Translations under genes and position numbers: made by a program
From: Toensbergia leucococca
Lineage: Eukaryota
Assembly: GCA_022813965.1 (NCBI GenBank)
Contig: JALDZS010000067.1
Span: 62,001-115,853 of the forward strand
Length of the DNA: 53,853 nucleotides
Direction of reading: 5' to 3'
Part shown: in pieces, positions 31,009-45,616 of the stretch
How positions within the stretch are numbered: the stretch's first letter is position 1
How the letters are laid out: every line of letters starts with the position of its first letter
Notes under the pieces: generated by a model
The model's database searches: none
The model's input: only the letters and a program-made list of their open reading frames with translations
What the model was told of the DNA's origin: nothing

Positions 31009-33030
31009 TCACTCCCCCCTCAGCAACGCTCTCAAAATCGCCCCCCCAGCCCCCTCCAAACACCCTTCAAGCTCCTCCTCCCCAACAAAACAGACAACCC
31101 TCCTTTCCTCCCCCCTCCCTGCCTTTTTCCCAGACGTCATCATAATTCCCCCCCTCCTCCCACCTCCCTCCCCAACCAACCCTATCGTCTCCAACCCCCC
31201 AACCACGTCCACAAACTCCGTCGCCGTAAGCGCATGCAACGCCCCTTCCCGCTTACACAACGAACAATACGTTTCGTAAAGCTTGCGAATCGTCGGAGCC
31301 GAGTTGGTGTTTTTTTTAGAGGGGGTAGTAGCTGGTGCGAAGAGGGTTTTTTGGGTTTGCGAGGCCGAGGCGCGGTGATTTTTTTCGTGGGAGAGGAGGG
31401 CGCAGAGGGCGGCTTTTTGCTGGAGGTTGAGGGTTTGGAGGCGTTGGGAAGTGCCGTTGCCGAGAGCTGTGGCGGAGATGCGGGCAATGTGGGCGATTGT
31501 GGCGCGAGGGGCTGTGAGGGGATTGAGGTGTGATAGAGGATTTGTAGGTACGGAGAGTTGTTTTGTGGGTGAGGAGAGGTTAGGATTTTCATAGAGGGGG
31601 CCCTTGGTAGGTGAGACTTGGAGAGGATGGGTGGTCGTGTGTGATATGTGGGTTTGCTTGACCTCGGTCTCGACGAGGTCGATTGTACGGCGGATGATGT
31701 CGAAGGCGCGGCGGAGATCCCCGGTTTGGGAGGCGATTTTTTTGGAGCAAAATTGGATCGCTGTGGGGTTGACGAAGGGGGTGAAGTCTGAGGAAGTAAG
31801 GGAGTCCGAGGGCAAATTAAGAGATCTCAGTTTGCTCGTGATGACCGAGGCTATTTGAGGAGCTGTATATGGGAGAAATGGTAGGAGCTGTGGTCTAAGA
31901 TTCCTTGCTTTGAGGCGGGGGAGGAAGCGGTCGGTCAAGTCCAGGGCATTGGCAATCCCTATCAGAATGAGGCGTGAGGAACGGTGGAGGGACCATTCGA
32001 ATAGAGTATATAGGATCTCTAAGTCTAGGGTAAGGAGGTGATCGATTTCGTCGAGGGTCACGATGTAAACTTGTTCGGAAGCACCTTTCTTTGGCAAAAA
32101 TGTCGCACGCAGGATTGACATCTCATCGTTTCCGAGGTCCTCGGCGTCACCAATCAAATCCTCGATAAGCTTGCCGTAGATATCTTTGGACCCTTTCACA
32201 CTCATACAGTTGACATATGTCTTGCGAACATTTTGAGTCCCAAGCACGTTGCCGCTGACCTCGCTGACAAGTGCACTTTTCCCGGTACCAGGAGGTCCAC
32301 TCACATAGATGCACCGGCCAGATTTGGACTGGACGCCCTCTTGGATAAAAGTGTTGAGCTCATGCCTCTCTTCATCGCGCCCGATTAGGCGTCCTGGATT
32401 TGCGCTCCTCACGAAAAGCTGACGGGCGGTGTTGTATAGGGTTGGGACACTACTTGGCGTCAAGGGTGTTCGAGGTGTACGGGGTGTCCATGGCTTCGTA
32501 ACTACATTTATGCGATGTCTCGGGGTTATGGGTATTTTCTTGCAGAGTGCATCACGATGTCTTGGGGTTTGCGGTGTAACGGCCTGCACGGTTTTTGTAC
32601 TTTCTCCTGCAATGGTCAGATTTTGCGACTCATTTTGGTCTTTAGCATCAACGTACCAGAGATTGGTTTTGTAGTCTTGAATTGGCTATTGATTTTGGTG
32701 GGGGACAGAGCGACTCTTCCTTCATTGACAGTGTGTTTTGCGGGCACCGAAGCGCCTCTCGAAGGCTTTCTTGGAGTGATGAAAGGATTTTCCAATTCAT
32801 CCAAATCCATACAGAGGTCATGACGAGTGACATGTTGATTATGGTGTCCAAGGCTTGGGTCTGCATTTTCATCGTTGAGAATTGGGATAGGAGCTCTTCG
32901 TTTGACACGCGATGAAATATCGGAATCTGAGTTTCTATATTAGCAAGAGCAGTGGCAGTGTGGACGTTGGGTAGTTGCCTTGGTCTGCATGGAGAGGTCT
33001 TGCTCTTTTACCCAGGACTGAAGGCGCCAT
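31009..33030 (-). CDS. cdc6: Replication licensing AAA+ ATPase Cdc6/Cdc18
   Basis: LIGRDEER, Walker A GPPGTGKS, Walker B TLDEIDHL, IGIANALDLTDR, GDLRRAFD, and a winged-helix C-terminus. The N-terminus carries many (S/T)P CDK sites. Probable start is MAPSVLGKR at 33030. Intron 32607-32656 is clear; the first intron boundaries are uncertain. Confidence 0.92.
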
Positions 33031-33090
33031 TGTCGAGGAGGTCTTGCTGCTTTGACGGGTGTGCTTGCTTGCTGCTCTATGGAATCCTGA

Positions 33091-33116
33091 ACGCGAAGCA
33101 ACTGCGGGCGACGCGA
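33091..33116. promoter_or_regulatory. Two MCB-like ACGCGA elements upstream of cdc6
   Basis: ACGCGA at 33091-33096 and 33111-33116, 60-85 nt upstream of the ATG. CDC6/cdc18 are known MBF targets in yeasts. Confidence 0.5.
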
Positions 33117-34528
33117 CATGGCACTAGTGTATTTTTCAAGCGACTTAACACTTAACCTACCTAGCAATTAACCTCCTTAACACAGAAACAGTTAACCTTC
33201 TTTACTTTTACTAATATTATGCGCATATGTTTCGGAGAAATTAAGAATTGGAGTTAAGAAAAGACTTAATCATTTCTCCCACTTTACAGCAATATCGATG
33301 GAGTACCCCCCTCAGCTCTCATACAATCATAGCAAATAGCGGAAACCCTCCGTACTTACTCCGTATGTTTCGACGCATTGGCTTCCCAGTCAGCTTCCCA
33401 GAGGGTCTGTTACTCACCAGCACTTGCAGACTTTATAATTGCATCTCTATTCTATCAATCCAGAAACCAGTCGGACTCTGATACATCCAATATACACTTT
33501 GTTAAATTCTAGATTTTGATTCCCTTTACTTATCCGTAATCTATTGTACATGGATATTCAAATTGGTCAAAACAAATGCGTCAAGACCAATAACAATAGC
33601 GCTTCTTATTGACAGATTCACTTTCTTTGCGGGTCCATTTACAAGGTATTATTCTTTCACTCCTGACTCCACTTCGATTGATCAGTATCGGCTTTGATGA
33701 AATTTTCCTCCTGGTGTGCCTGTAGTACTACGGCTTCTTTCTTTTAGGTCAATGTTTCAGATCTCTCGTCTTTGTTCGCAGAATTCCCACAAATTTGATT
33801 GGCTATTTTAGTTTCGGCTGCTCTTCTCTAGCAGAGGTGGTTTCCGAGCGAAGCAGATGCAGGGACCTAGCATTCAGGGGGACCAAGATGAAGGGAGGGT
33901 TTCTCGTCATACCAATTAACAAAGCTCCTCTATTAATTACGTGCCAGAGCACCAGCCCAAAAGACAACTGTGCGTGAAAACTTTCTATTCCATGTACTCA
34001 AGGTACTAGATTCGAAGCCCTAAGCACGGCACAAATGTGAATGAAAGGCCTCCTTTCAGTTGCAGATTCTAGTCTTGACATATGAAGTGATTGTAGGGTA
34101 GTGAAGTGTGGTGAAAATGGTACTCATGAATTCGATAGTGTCTGTCGGACATGACAACGCTGATGGTGTAGAACATGCTGAGTTGTAGGGTAAGGCTCTC
34201 TCTCATGCTATGGAAATTGGGCGCTTACTGCTTGACCTTCTTGACCCCAGATTCACCACCCCACCACTGCACCAGCCATCCTCGGCGGTTAGAGCTGCAT
34301 CATATTCACCTGTACATCTTCTACCTTGCTTTACTATTCCTGTGCAGATTATCCCGGATCATCGATTGAAACAAGTCAGGTCATCGTCCTGCGTCTCGTA
34401 TCTACTTTAGTCATACGGTGCCTTTTGCGGACTGATGAGATCTAAAAATAATCTCTCCAACCTGCTTAACAAACCAGTCATACTATATTCACCGAGGCCT
34501 CCTTTGCGGCCACGGCCACGGCCTCGAG

Positions 34529-37500
34529 ATGAGTGCAGGCGCGCGTCATGGTAAGCCCGAGGAGGAGTTGTTTTTCCAGCAGCCATCCGCGGCCAAGACA
34601 CCGACCGTCGAGCCTTTGAGAATCAATAAACGAGATTCAAGATCTCCTGAACTCCCTACAGCTCCAAATTCTCAGCGGAGTGGCTTCGCCCAACCAGTCC
34701 CTTACCCCGTCTCCTCTGGCCCATCCACTTCACCAGCTCCTAATCCTCAGCGGGGCGGCTTCTCTCAGCCAGTCCCTTACCCGTCGACCTCACCACCCCC
34801 GAATACTCAGCGAAGTGGCGTCCCGCAGCCGGCCCCTTACCCCACCACATCTGGCGCATCAAGTTCGCCAGCCCCGCTACCATACTACCCTGAAGAGCGT
34901 CCACGTGCTCAATCAAAAGTAACGAATGGCCCAGGCGGACAAAGAGCATATTCTGATCGTCCAGGGGCAACTGAGGGAGGCCGAGCCTCGCCGGCGTATA
35001 GCTCTTCTTCGTCTCACTCGAGCTCGAGTGATCATGAGAGACCTAGCATATCTGGATATACTCCTGCGCTAAGACCTCGCGATGGACGAGATGGACAACC
35101 TGGACAAGGGCCATCGAGGCTTGCCGAGCGGAGGGGTAATATACCAAAGCCATTGCCAGATTCACCAGGACCCGATACGCCCGATAAAGAGGGGTTATTT
35201 CAAAGGCTGCCTCAACGAGGCGGAGTATCTCCTCCTACGGAATCGTCTGATCTACGAAGACCATCTCAAGCAGAAGACAATCCCTATCCAAATTACTATC
35301 AACAATATTGGCCGCCACCTGGGGCAGCCACATCCAACGGTCCAAGCAGCTTGCCCGTTCCTAATACTGGTTCTGTAAACCGATTAAGCTCATCAGCTTC
35401 AACATCTACAACTAGAGCACAGAGGGGGTCTCCTCCACCTCCGGAAACACCAATAATACCACCCGGAGATCATCTTGGGGGAGGTATAGAGGCACGGTAT
35501 GCTGCAGCAGGTATCGCTGGCACATCGACGTTGACTAGCTTGCAAGCCCAAAATGCTGCTGCAGCTCAACGAGCGAACCAGTATACGCCTCAGCCCCTCA
35601 GAGGGCAGGCGCCGACCCTACAGCAGCAACAAGAGCCGCCACGAAGACCTTGGACACCCACAGAGCAGCCTGGCAGTCAACCGCATGGGCCTCCGACTGT
35701 ATACCAAGGTCCGGGTCAAGCCTCGAGTCCAACGCCAGTGCAAGTACCTACCCCTTTAGGAAGACAAGGCACTCCGGCAACTCAGCCAGGAAGAAACCCA
35801 GCGCCGACTGCCCTAGAGCAGGATTTGCAGCGTATGCATGTGACAGCATCTCCTCCTCCAGCTTATTCAAGCGTCTCACAAGGGCGACCATCTGCGTCTT
35901 CAGCCCAAGCATATCCGAATGAAAAACGAGATCAGAGAGCTGGATCAGTCGAAACTGGGGCAGCTGTTGGTGCCGCTGCTGGCGTGGCAGCTGCTGCAGT
36001 GATGCACCAAGACCCACACAACGATGGTCATCCAGCTTTTGCAAACGACTCGAGACAGCAGACTGGGCCGTCACCGCAGCCAGGAGAGGCCAATTCTATG
36101 ACAAGCACTCAGCGAATCGCAAGCCCTTCTCCTGGGCCTGTAGGCACTGGTCCAGCGTCACCTCCACCTCTTCCCGAGGGGTGGATTGCTCATCTTGATC
36201 CAAATTCGGGACAGTACTACTACATTCACCTACCAACCCAGTCAACGCAATGGGAATTTCCCAAAGGACCCACGCCGTTGAATCTCAACGAGCCCCTGTC
36301 ACCTACTTCAAGCGTCTACGGTGGTAATCCATTGGCTTCACCGGGATTGACTGCTTTTGGAGGCAAGCCAATGGCGTCCCCTGGCTTTCAGCCATCAAAT
36401 TCAGGGTATCCTGAAAGCGTAATAAGCATGCAGTCGTCGGCTCCGACTGTAGGGGGCTTCTCAGGTCCACCCCCAAGCAGTGGTGTTGACATGTATAAGG
36501 TCGCACCGACTAATGGAGTCTACTTTGGGCCCTATCTACGATACACAAATATGGACCTAGAGAGGGGCCTATGGCTAGGCTCCATATTGCTAGTAACAGA
36601 TGCCCCTCAACCTCCGACCATTCATATTCACCAAAGCATGGACCTTTCCCCGAATCCACGCCAATTGAAAGGGAATCCAATATCGCATCACCAAAGGTGG
36701 ACATTTTATCGATACGATATTGATTTGCGCATGGAGGAGGACACTGCTGCGAAATGGACCTACGCTATAACATCCCATCTCGGCTGTACTCGCTATGAAT
36801 TCCTGGTCGCAGGCAGATACGAGACCAATTGGCGCTTCATCGCTACCTCAGGTAATGACTTCTCGCTGAATGTCAATGCAAACGAGAGATCACGTCTTGG
36901 TGGTATCGGCTATATGTGGAAAGACATTATGCAGAAGCATGTTGAATGTGGCGGCTTTCACACGCAGCTAGGCTTGGGTGATCAAATCTATGCGGATAGG
37001 TTATGGAAGGAGATACCTTCATTGAAGCAATGGCTGGCCATGAGTGGCAAGGAGAATAGGAAAAATGCACAGTGGACTGCCCAACATGAGGAGGATGTTT
37101 CGCATGCCTATTTTCATTATTATACCAGCCATTTTGACCAACCATACTTACGAGAAGCCTTTGCACAAATACCCCATGTGCTGCAAATCGACGACCATGA
37201 CATGTAAGTGCTTGAACTGATGCCTGAAGCGACGACTAGCTAACATTATCTTGATGCAGTTTTGATGGCTTCGGTTCATACCCCGAATACATGCAATTCT
37301 CCAACATGTTCAAGAATATTGGTCGTATCGGGATTGAAATGTATCTTCTTTTCCAGCACCACACTACTTTGGAAGTTCTTCGTAACGTCAGTACTGATAC
37401 GGATATCTTCACCATTACTGGCACTGGCTGGCACTTTGTCAAGTATCTCGGTCCAGCCGTCGTAGTGGTGGGTCCAGACTGTCGTTCTGAGAGGAACCCT

Positions 37501-38462
37501 CATCAAGTAATGGCCGGTCCAACATATCAAGGTTTATTCCCAAAGGTTGCTCTGCTTCCTCCCAGTGTACAGCACTGCATATGGATGATCGCTGTCCCGG
37601 TCATCTACCCTAGACTGGAAGCTGCCGAGCAGATAGCCCACACAGTAGCCACTGGAAAGAAGGCTGTCACGGGGGCTTACAATGTTCTCGGCAAAGTGAC
37701 CAGCTCTGTGGCAGGTGTAGTAGGAGCAAAGGGTGTAGTCGGATCAGGATTTGATTCTGTCAAAAAAGCTATCGGAAAATCTGGATTGATGGGGGGAATC
37801 CTCAGTCCGTTTGGAGATATTGATATGCTAGACGAATTGCGCGACCAATGGACGCACGAGTCCAAAGTAAGTCTTGTTCCTCTCAAACAAACATCTAATC
37901 ATTCCCTAACTCCCAAACCAAGGACCTCGAACGCACCTACCTCATCCGCACCCTCCAAGGCATTGCCCACCAAAAATCCATACGCATGACCTTCCTCTCA
38001 GGAGCTGTCGACTGCTGCGGCGCCGGCCTCGTCCACGACCCCTCCAGACCCTCAGACCACAAAACAATGTACCAGCTCATCTCTTCCAGTGTCGTCAACA
38101 CCCCCCCTCCCTCCTACGTCCTCAAACTCCTCCACAACAACAGACCACTCTACATCCCCGCCAACGGCCACCGCTCCACCAATCAACCCAGCGACACCAA
38201 GGAAGACATGATGGAGATTTTCCAGACCGAACCCGACGGTCGGCCAAGGGAAATGAAGAAGCTGATGGGGAGGAGAAATTATGTTGCTATTGTTGCGTAT
38301 GATCCCGAGATTGTGCAGGGCACGTATGGCAGGACGGATATGGGGGTCGGGGCGGGCAAATTGAGCTTGGCGGCGGATTTCATGGTGCAGGGAGACTCGT
38401 CGTATGGGGGTGTCAGCAAGTATGGGCCTGTCATTGTGCCGAGTTTGGAGTTTGGGCGGTAG
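34529..38462 (+). CDS. Pro-rich protein with a WW domain and a C-terminal PhoD-like metallophosphatase domain
   Basis: Exons 34529-37203, 37260-37866 and 37923-38462. WW domain LPEGWIAHLDPNSGQYYYIHLPTQSTQWEFP. PhoD-like motifs GLGDQIYAD, IDDHDIFDGFGS and PDCRSER. Confidence 0.8.
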
Positions 38463-38859
38463 GTGGGGGAGTTTTGGGCCGAGGGTGATTTTTTAGTTGT
38501 GCCTTTATTGGTGATATTGGTTATGTCTGTGAAGTCGAATGAAGATATGGGATTTGAGAGTCTTACTTCATTGGAGCTTTTGATGTATTGGAACTAGTAT
38601 TGGTGGCGCTCAAAAATGTGATGCCAGAAGCTCTTGTCAATCTTTGCAAGTTCGTCGGGTTTTCAATACGCTATGCTGTGACTTTGGCATATGATTTGAT
38701 GAGTTTGTGCCTTGTTGACCTCTATTCGCCTTCGAGCTTAAGCTACCGCTGAGGAATATGCGATCAAACTCCCAACTTCGACAGCTCGCCAAGTTAAACC
38801 ATCCACAGTCTCGCCCCCAAATCCCCACTCTCTCGGACAATCCCGCCAACCCTGACATC

Positions 38860-39951
<1,092 letters not shown>

Positions 39952-40627
39952 AGGGAGTGGTGGTTTGGGGGAAGGTGGTGCAGTGATAGGGATGTTGATG
40001 GTGACGATGACGTCGTCTCTACAGGATATCTAGCGGATTTTATTTTGGTGCTTTTTGGCTCATTGAGTTTACCATTTGATGCCATATATGCATCCAAATA
40101 TCCACTTGAACCAAGCCCTGTTTGTGCTACGAATTGCTCGGTATTCTACTCGTGGCCGGCTATATTTTCTATTGACTGGGTAGTAGGTAGGTACCCATGG
40201 TGTCTACCTAGTATTATCGAGATATCGAGATAGCCTCGATACAATAATACCCTCATCTCATTCCTATTCCCTCGATTAAATTCAAGCCCTAACAAACAAG
40301 AAAGGCCATTTCCTAAAGTAGATACCTTTGCAATTGCCTCCAAGGTTCTATTGACACGCTTCCTTTGGTGGCTCCTATTGTTCATTATTTTACGGAGCCA
40401 CGTCAATCCTATTCACAAAAGTAGCTATTCACATTTATCCATTGACTTACCTTACCTACGACAACACCAAAGTTAGAAGCCACTTTCATCTCACTTTAGT
40501 TTCCTACCACTTCTTCCTCAGTCATCCATTTCTTAACACACTTTCCACTCACAACTTCCACACAACTGAAAGCATCTGATCAGTTACTGTGTCATTTCCT
40601 ACCAATCTTATACATTACATCTACGCT

Positions 40628-41674
40628 ATGCGGTCAATGTTCAACAAGAATACCCAGCGTGACTCGCGCTTTAAGTCACGCTTCAATCAGACTGTTCCAA
40701 GCCCGAAGCCGTCTCTTTATCAACCATCGCTAGGTCCAAAGCCGCGCGCTCATCAGCCTTCGCCGTCCCCGATCCACGCCACGTCAAAGACCATGGCACA
40801 AGATCTTTTAGCAGATTCTGACCTTGATAAGCCGAAACCCATTGCACTTCTTCCGCCATCAAAGCCTTCCAAACCCTTTGAGTTCCTACTCCTTCCCGGC
40901 GAGATTAGAATGAGGATCTATCACTATGCCTTTCCCCACGACACTTTTCATATCAAATGGAGAAATAAGCCAAATCAGGATCTCACATACCGTCCATATC
41001 TCTATCGCTACTCCCCGGGTCCATGTCTCGATGTATCTGTAGGTTTACGTCGCCGTCAATTCGATCTTCAGCGACGACTTCATAGCCCTGAAGTCAAACC
41101 AACGTACAAGCTCTCCCCTAGTCCGACATCACTCTTACTCACGTGTCGTCAAATCAATCATGAAGCCACCCACCTTTTCTATGGTAGCAACACCTTTGTT
41201 TTTGCGAGTCAACGGATTTTCGATAAGTTCCTCATAACCTTGAGTACAGAATCGAAAACCGCCATCAAGAGCCTCCAATTAAGACATCAAACGTACGGAG
41301 AGCCTCATTGGACCACATTCGTACGCTATAAGACTTACCATGACGAAAAATGGTTAGGGCTCTGCAGTAGAGCAGCTGAGGAGCTGACTGGCCTTGAGAG
41401 GTTGACGATACACCTGACTATCAACGATATACCCCTCAAGTTGAATCTCGAAGCAGCATGGGCAGCTCCACTTCGGAAGTTCAAAGGCCGTGGAATTAAG
41501 CAATGTGATATCCGTCTCAGCCATCACCTTGCTACCCCAAAGTGTCTCAAAGCCTGCGGAAATGTCGTAAGAAAAGACATATTAGGACCGTATTGGCAGG
41601 AGCAGCAATATCGTGAAGTCCTTCCAAAGGCTTTGAAATGCATCCGCATCACATGGGACGATATGGCGCGGTAA
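40628..41674 (+). CDS. Uncharacterised fungal protein with an F-box-like 'FLLLPGEIRMRIY' motif
   Basis: Intronless ~350-codon ORF with FLLLPGEIRMRIYHY and LLLTCRQINHEATHLFYGSNTF motifs, typical of a large Pezizomycotina family. The start is uncertain (40628 or 40793). Confidence 0.7.
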   Translation: MRSMFNKNTQRDSRFKSRFNQTVPSPKPSLYQPSLGPKPRAHQPSPSPIHATSKTMAQDLLADSDLDKPKPIALLPPSKPSKPFEFLLLPGEIRMRIYHYAFPHDTFHIKWRNKPNQDLTYRPYLYRYSPGPCLDVSVGLRRRQFDLQRRLHSPEVKPTYKLSPSPTSLLLTCRQINHEATHLFYGSNTFVFASQRIFDKFLITLSTESKTAIKSLQLRHQTYGEPHWTTFVRYKTYHDEKWLGLCSRAAEELTGLERLTIHLTINDIPLKLNLEAAWAAPLRKFKGRGIKQCDIRLSHHLATPKCLKACGNVVRKDILGPYWQEQQYREVLPKALKCIRITWDDMAR

Positions 41675-43932
41675 CGGTCACAGGCAAAGAAAGTTGTAAA
41701 ACGGGGTCATGGGGTATACAAGAAATAGAGGTCGAGCGTTGTGTTTGTGCGAGGGGTTGAAGAAATTGATCTGAAGGGGCTCAGGGTGGATCAAGCTTGT
41801 CTGAAGCGGGTGATAGAAAGGCGAGGTGGTTCCATTAGAGGCCTCGGTTTTGGGATACATTACAGGCTGCTAGGATTGGATTATTGAAAGAAATATGCCT
41901 CTATGAAAAAAATATGTTATTTCTCCTTCTTGATCATGAACATTGATGACGCTGCTCTGAATCTACTAGACCTTTCTAGGAAATCCTTTACCCACTAACT
42001 TCGATGAGGGGAGAAGTCATAGTGGATTCCTGTGTCGTCGGCAACGGACAGCGATTCCGCCGACAATGCTTGAAGCCTCTAAGGCAGCAAGGCTTTTGTA
42101 TATAGGCTGAGGTGTCACGGAACCCCGCAGTTGATTGGATTCAAAGATGTTTAGGTAATGGTGGAGGTAACATCCCAAAAGTTCCTTACGACTAAGTTTT
42201 TCCAGCGGCTTGTCCCTAGAATCACAGCAATTTGATTGACAGGCCGCTTAACAGGTGCCTAGTTCAGGTGAACTAGGAAGGATGATTGTGTACGACTCGT
42301 CAGTCCGATGAGTGCAAAGATACCTTTGAATCTTGTTGACATCTCATTGAGTCAGGAGTATTGGAAATTCAGCCATTGCGGAGCAAAATCACAAACGGCT
42401 AACAAAATCGAAATAAACGATCTATGAGACGCCCAAGACAAGCCCATCTTTAGATGTACCTACGGATGCCCGCCATATTTTTGAGATGTTCAACGCATCC
42501 AGTCTTAATAGACCGGGCTCGGGTCTCTATCAAAAATTTATGGGTTTGAAACAAACCGTCTTCTTGGCTTATGACGAAATGGAAGAATAGGTAAAGATAG
42601 CAGGTTCTAAAATGAGAATGATAGTGTCATTCTGGCGATGACGGCTCAAACATGTCATCCTTAATCTGCTGGCTACTACTGAGCTGGGTGTCGACCCCAA
42701 GCGGCCCAGGACATCTGAAAAAAGGATGCTGATAATAGAAAGATGAGGCACCAAGGTGTTGGAGATGTTACGAATCCTCGTACTCATTATAGGGTCGCGT
42801 TCTTATGGAAGAGAGGCAATATGAATACAGAACTATAAATCGACAGAGTAATCCGAGACCTGAACTAGCTGCCACTTTTGGAATAGAGGATGCAGCACAG
42901 CAATGGGAGGAGTACTTAACATTGACGTTGATCATTTTGAATTGTTGTAAGTAGGGATCTTGTGCCGATAATGGCGCAAGTCAAAGTGCTTCTAATGCAG
43001 TGGGTTTTCAAGTTACGTGGCGTAGACAGGTTCGAGGGTTGTGAGTAGTGAGTACGGAGTAGGTAGGTACTAATTCGTGGCTGGATCGGTGCTTTTACCC
43101 TAAGCGCTTGCAGATGATTGCATTGGATCTACTTTTAGCGCTGACGCATGAGTGTCCCACGTAGAAACCCTAATGTCGAAACCCGACGACCAATCGTCCA
43201 TGTGTGCCTTAACCTTGCCGCCGGCCTTCCCGGTCCAGGACCAAATACACCCTCACACCCTGCACCCTACCCATCGTCAACACTCGAGGCATGCCTCTTA
43301 CCTTCTACCAAGAGATCGCAAGAGACAAAGATGAAATGCCTTCTCTTTCTGTACCTCCGAGATAGTCTCTCTTCTACGTAAATCACGATATTGTAGGCTC
43401 TGGGGTGGGGGAGTCACAAAGCCCTGCCAGCACGAGCTGACGTTTCGACGGTCCTTTGGCTGTCCTTGCATACTGCAGCCAAAATAGACTGCCACGGCAG
43501 GCGTCGGCAGGAGACTAGATCCAAATCAGCTCTCCGGCGTTTATTCTTGGGGTTCCACTAACTGCTCGCTGACCTATCATTCTCGATCCCCGCACCACCT
43601 CACATGAACCGTCTCAATTGCTTCGCGCCGTACCCTCGATATTGGTGCATACCTTCTTTACCATCTCCTCCACTATCATGCCGGCCGTCCTGAATTTCAA
43701 AAAGTCTGCTATTCTTGTCACGCTTCGGCGCTTGAACAAAACCCAAGCTTCTCCCTCTGGGAGCTTTTGTCTTCTGCAGCAGGTCTCCATTGTACCACAA
43801 CCTTCGCACCTCATCTGCGACCTCTTCGGGAGCTGGCTTCTTTCGAATTCATCATCACATTCAAACAGACTGGTTCTGAAGCGTTGATAACCTATATTCC
43901 GTCATCTCACGTCAGCTTCCTACCCAGTCACC

Positions 43933-45616
43933 ATGTCCAACGAGCGACATCAATTTTACGACTCGGTATCATCCACTTACCCCGAACCAGAACGATCCAG
44001 TCAACCTCCTGCGACATCGGAGGAAAAGAAAGATCCTCAAATCCTCGTACGGTCACGGACATCTTCGAGTTCGTCGTCGGGATTGTCTTTAAAGACACCA
44101 AGAACAGCACGCTTTGCCGAGGCAACATCGGTCAACTCGCCCATCGACCCAACTACAGCAGGCCGTGCGCCCTTCAGCGATCCTTCTATAATGACGAACC
44201 ACCATGTACCACAACCTCAACCATCCGATGTTGGCTTTGGCTATATGGCACAAAACGACGCCTCCAAACACTCTTCGTATGCCGGCGTCGAGATTCCGAT
44301 AACGCCTGGCTCGCCGTTGAAGAGCGCCCTTAGACCTCCGGGTACACCAGGACGTTTCATCAATCCTCTAAGCCCGACTTTCCAAGAAGAACAAATCTTG
44401 GAGAAAGAAGAAGAAAAAACCGAGATCCAGCAAGCAGCCGACTTGGTTAGAGATCTTTCAGCAACTCATAGATACGATGGGCTAATAATACTTACAGAAA
44501 GTCAAAACCCGAGTGCGCATGGCCAAGATGGCTCTCCGAGGAGTCAACTTCAGCTGTAGTCTCATCGTGTTATCTATGCTATCGACTACCTTCTCCATCT
44601 TCAACGCTACGAAAACTATACCTGCAAGAAGTAATCTACCACCTTGGGCTGCAGGCCAGAAGACATGGCCACAGATTACACTGCTCTGCATCGCGTGTGT
44701 ATCCTTGGCCTTGGCTCTTGTCGTCTTCTACGCATACTGGAGGGGCGGTCACAAGCGAGCCGAGAAGACTGCCATTTATTACACTGTATTCGCCATGGGC
44801 TTTTTCCTCTTCAACACTGTCATGTGGGCTATCGGTGCTGCCGTTCTAAATACGAGCAAAAAGAACGGGCAAGGAAAGGACATGTGGGGTTGGTCCTGCA
44901 ACGACAATAAACGCCGACAGTTATTTCAGCAAGAGGTTCACTACGCCTTGATCTGCAGGCTTCAGGTATGAAGCACTACGTCACCTTGCTAAATGTATTT
45001 GGCTAAAATAAGTTGAATTTAGAACTGGTCTTTACTCTGCTGTTTCATCGAAATCATCGTTGAAGTCCTCACTATCTTGATCTATGGAATAGTCTTCTAC
45101 CGCTTCTGGTCAAAGCGAAAGCTTCACAAGTCAATGGATCTACGCGATCGTGCTCGTTCCGATCTCTACCTCGCTCAGCTTCGCACTCAGTCCGCACCCA
45201 ACACACCAGGATTTCAAAAGACGCCGATGTCTCCGTCTTTCCCCGCTAGCATCCATGAAGATCCCATAGAGGCGGCTGAGAACGGTGAATATTATAGCCC
45301 CTCAACGCAATACGCGCAGAAACACCAATCGTTTTCCCAACCCAAACCCTTCACTCTGCAACCCCCGCCTATTAAAATCCATAGCCCGACACCGGCCTTG
45401 TCACAAGATGGCTTTGAGTCAGCGCCGGTACAGCAGGAGCACGTACCTGCTGCGCCGGGTGAGCAGACGTATGATGCGGTGCCAATACCAGGAGCGTACT
45501 CGACTCCTTTGGCAAGCCCAAGCTTTGGAAACCAGCCAGGGCAAGCGTACACCTCGGAAGGGAGAATAGAGAGTCCACCTTCGAGTCCAAGGATGCCAAG
45601 ATCATCGTTGTATTAG
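43933..45616 (+). CDS. ham-8: HAM-8-like MARVEL-type four-TM protein (hyphal fusion)
   Basis: Exons 43933-44445, 44498-44965 and 45023-45616. LKTPRTARFAEATSV N-terminus, four TM segments, DMWGWSC, and RDRARSDLYLAQLR. The family was recognised from memory. Confidence 0.7.

Noticed and set aside
42243..43543. Three one-mismatch matches to the Pro1/ADV-1 motif GGCGCTTA upstream of ham-8 (and an exact match at 9361-9368)
   Set aside because: The numbers are about what chance predicts for an 8-mer.
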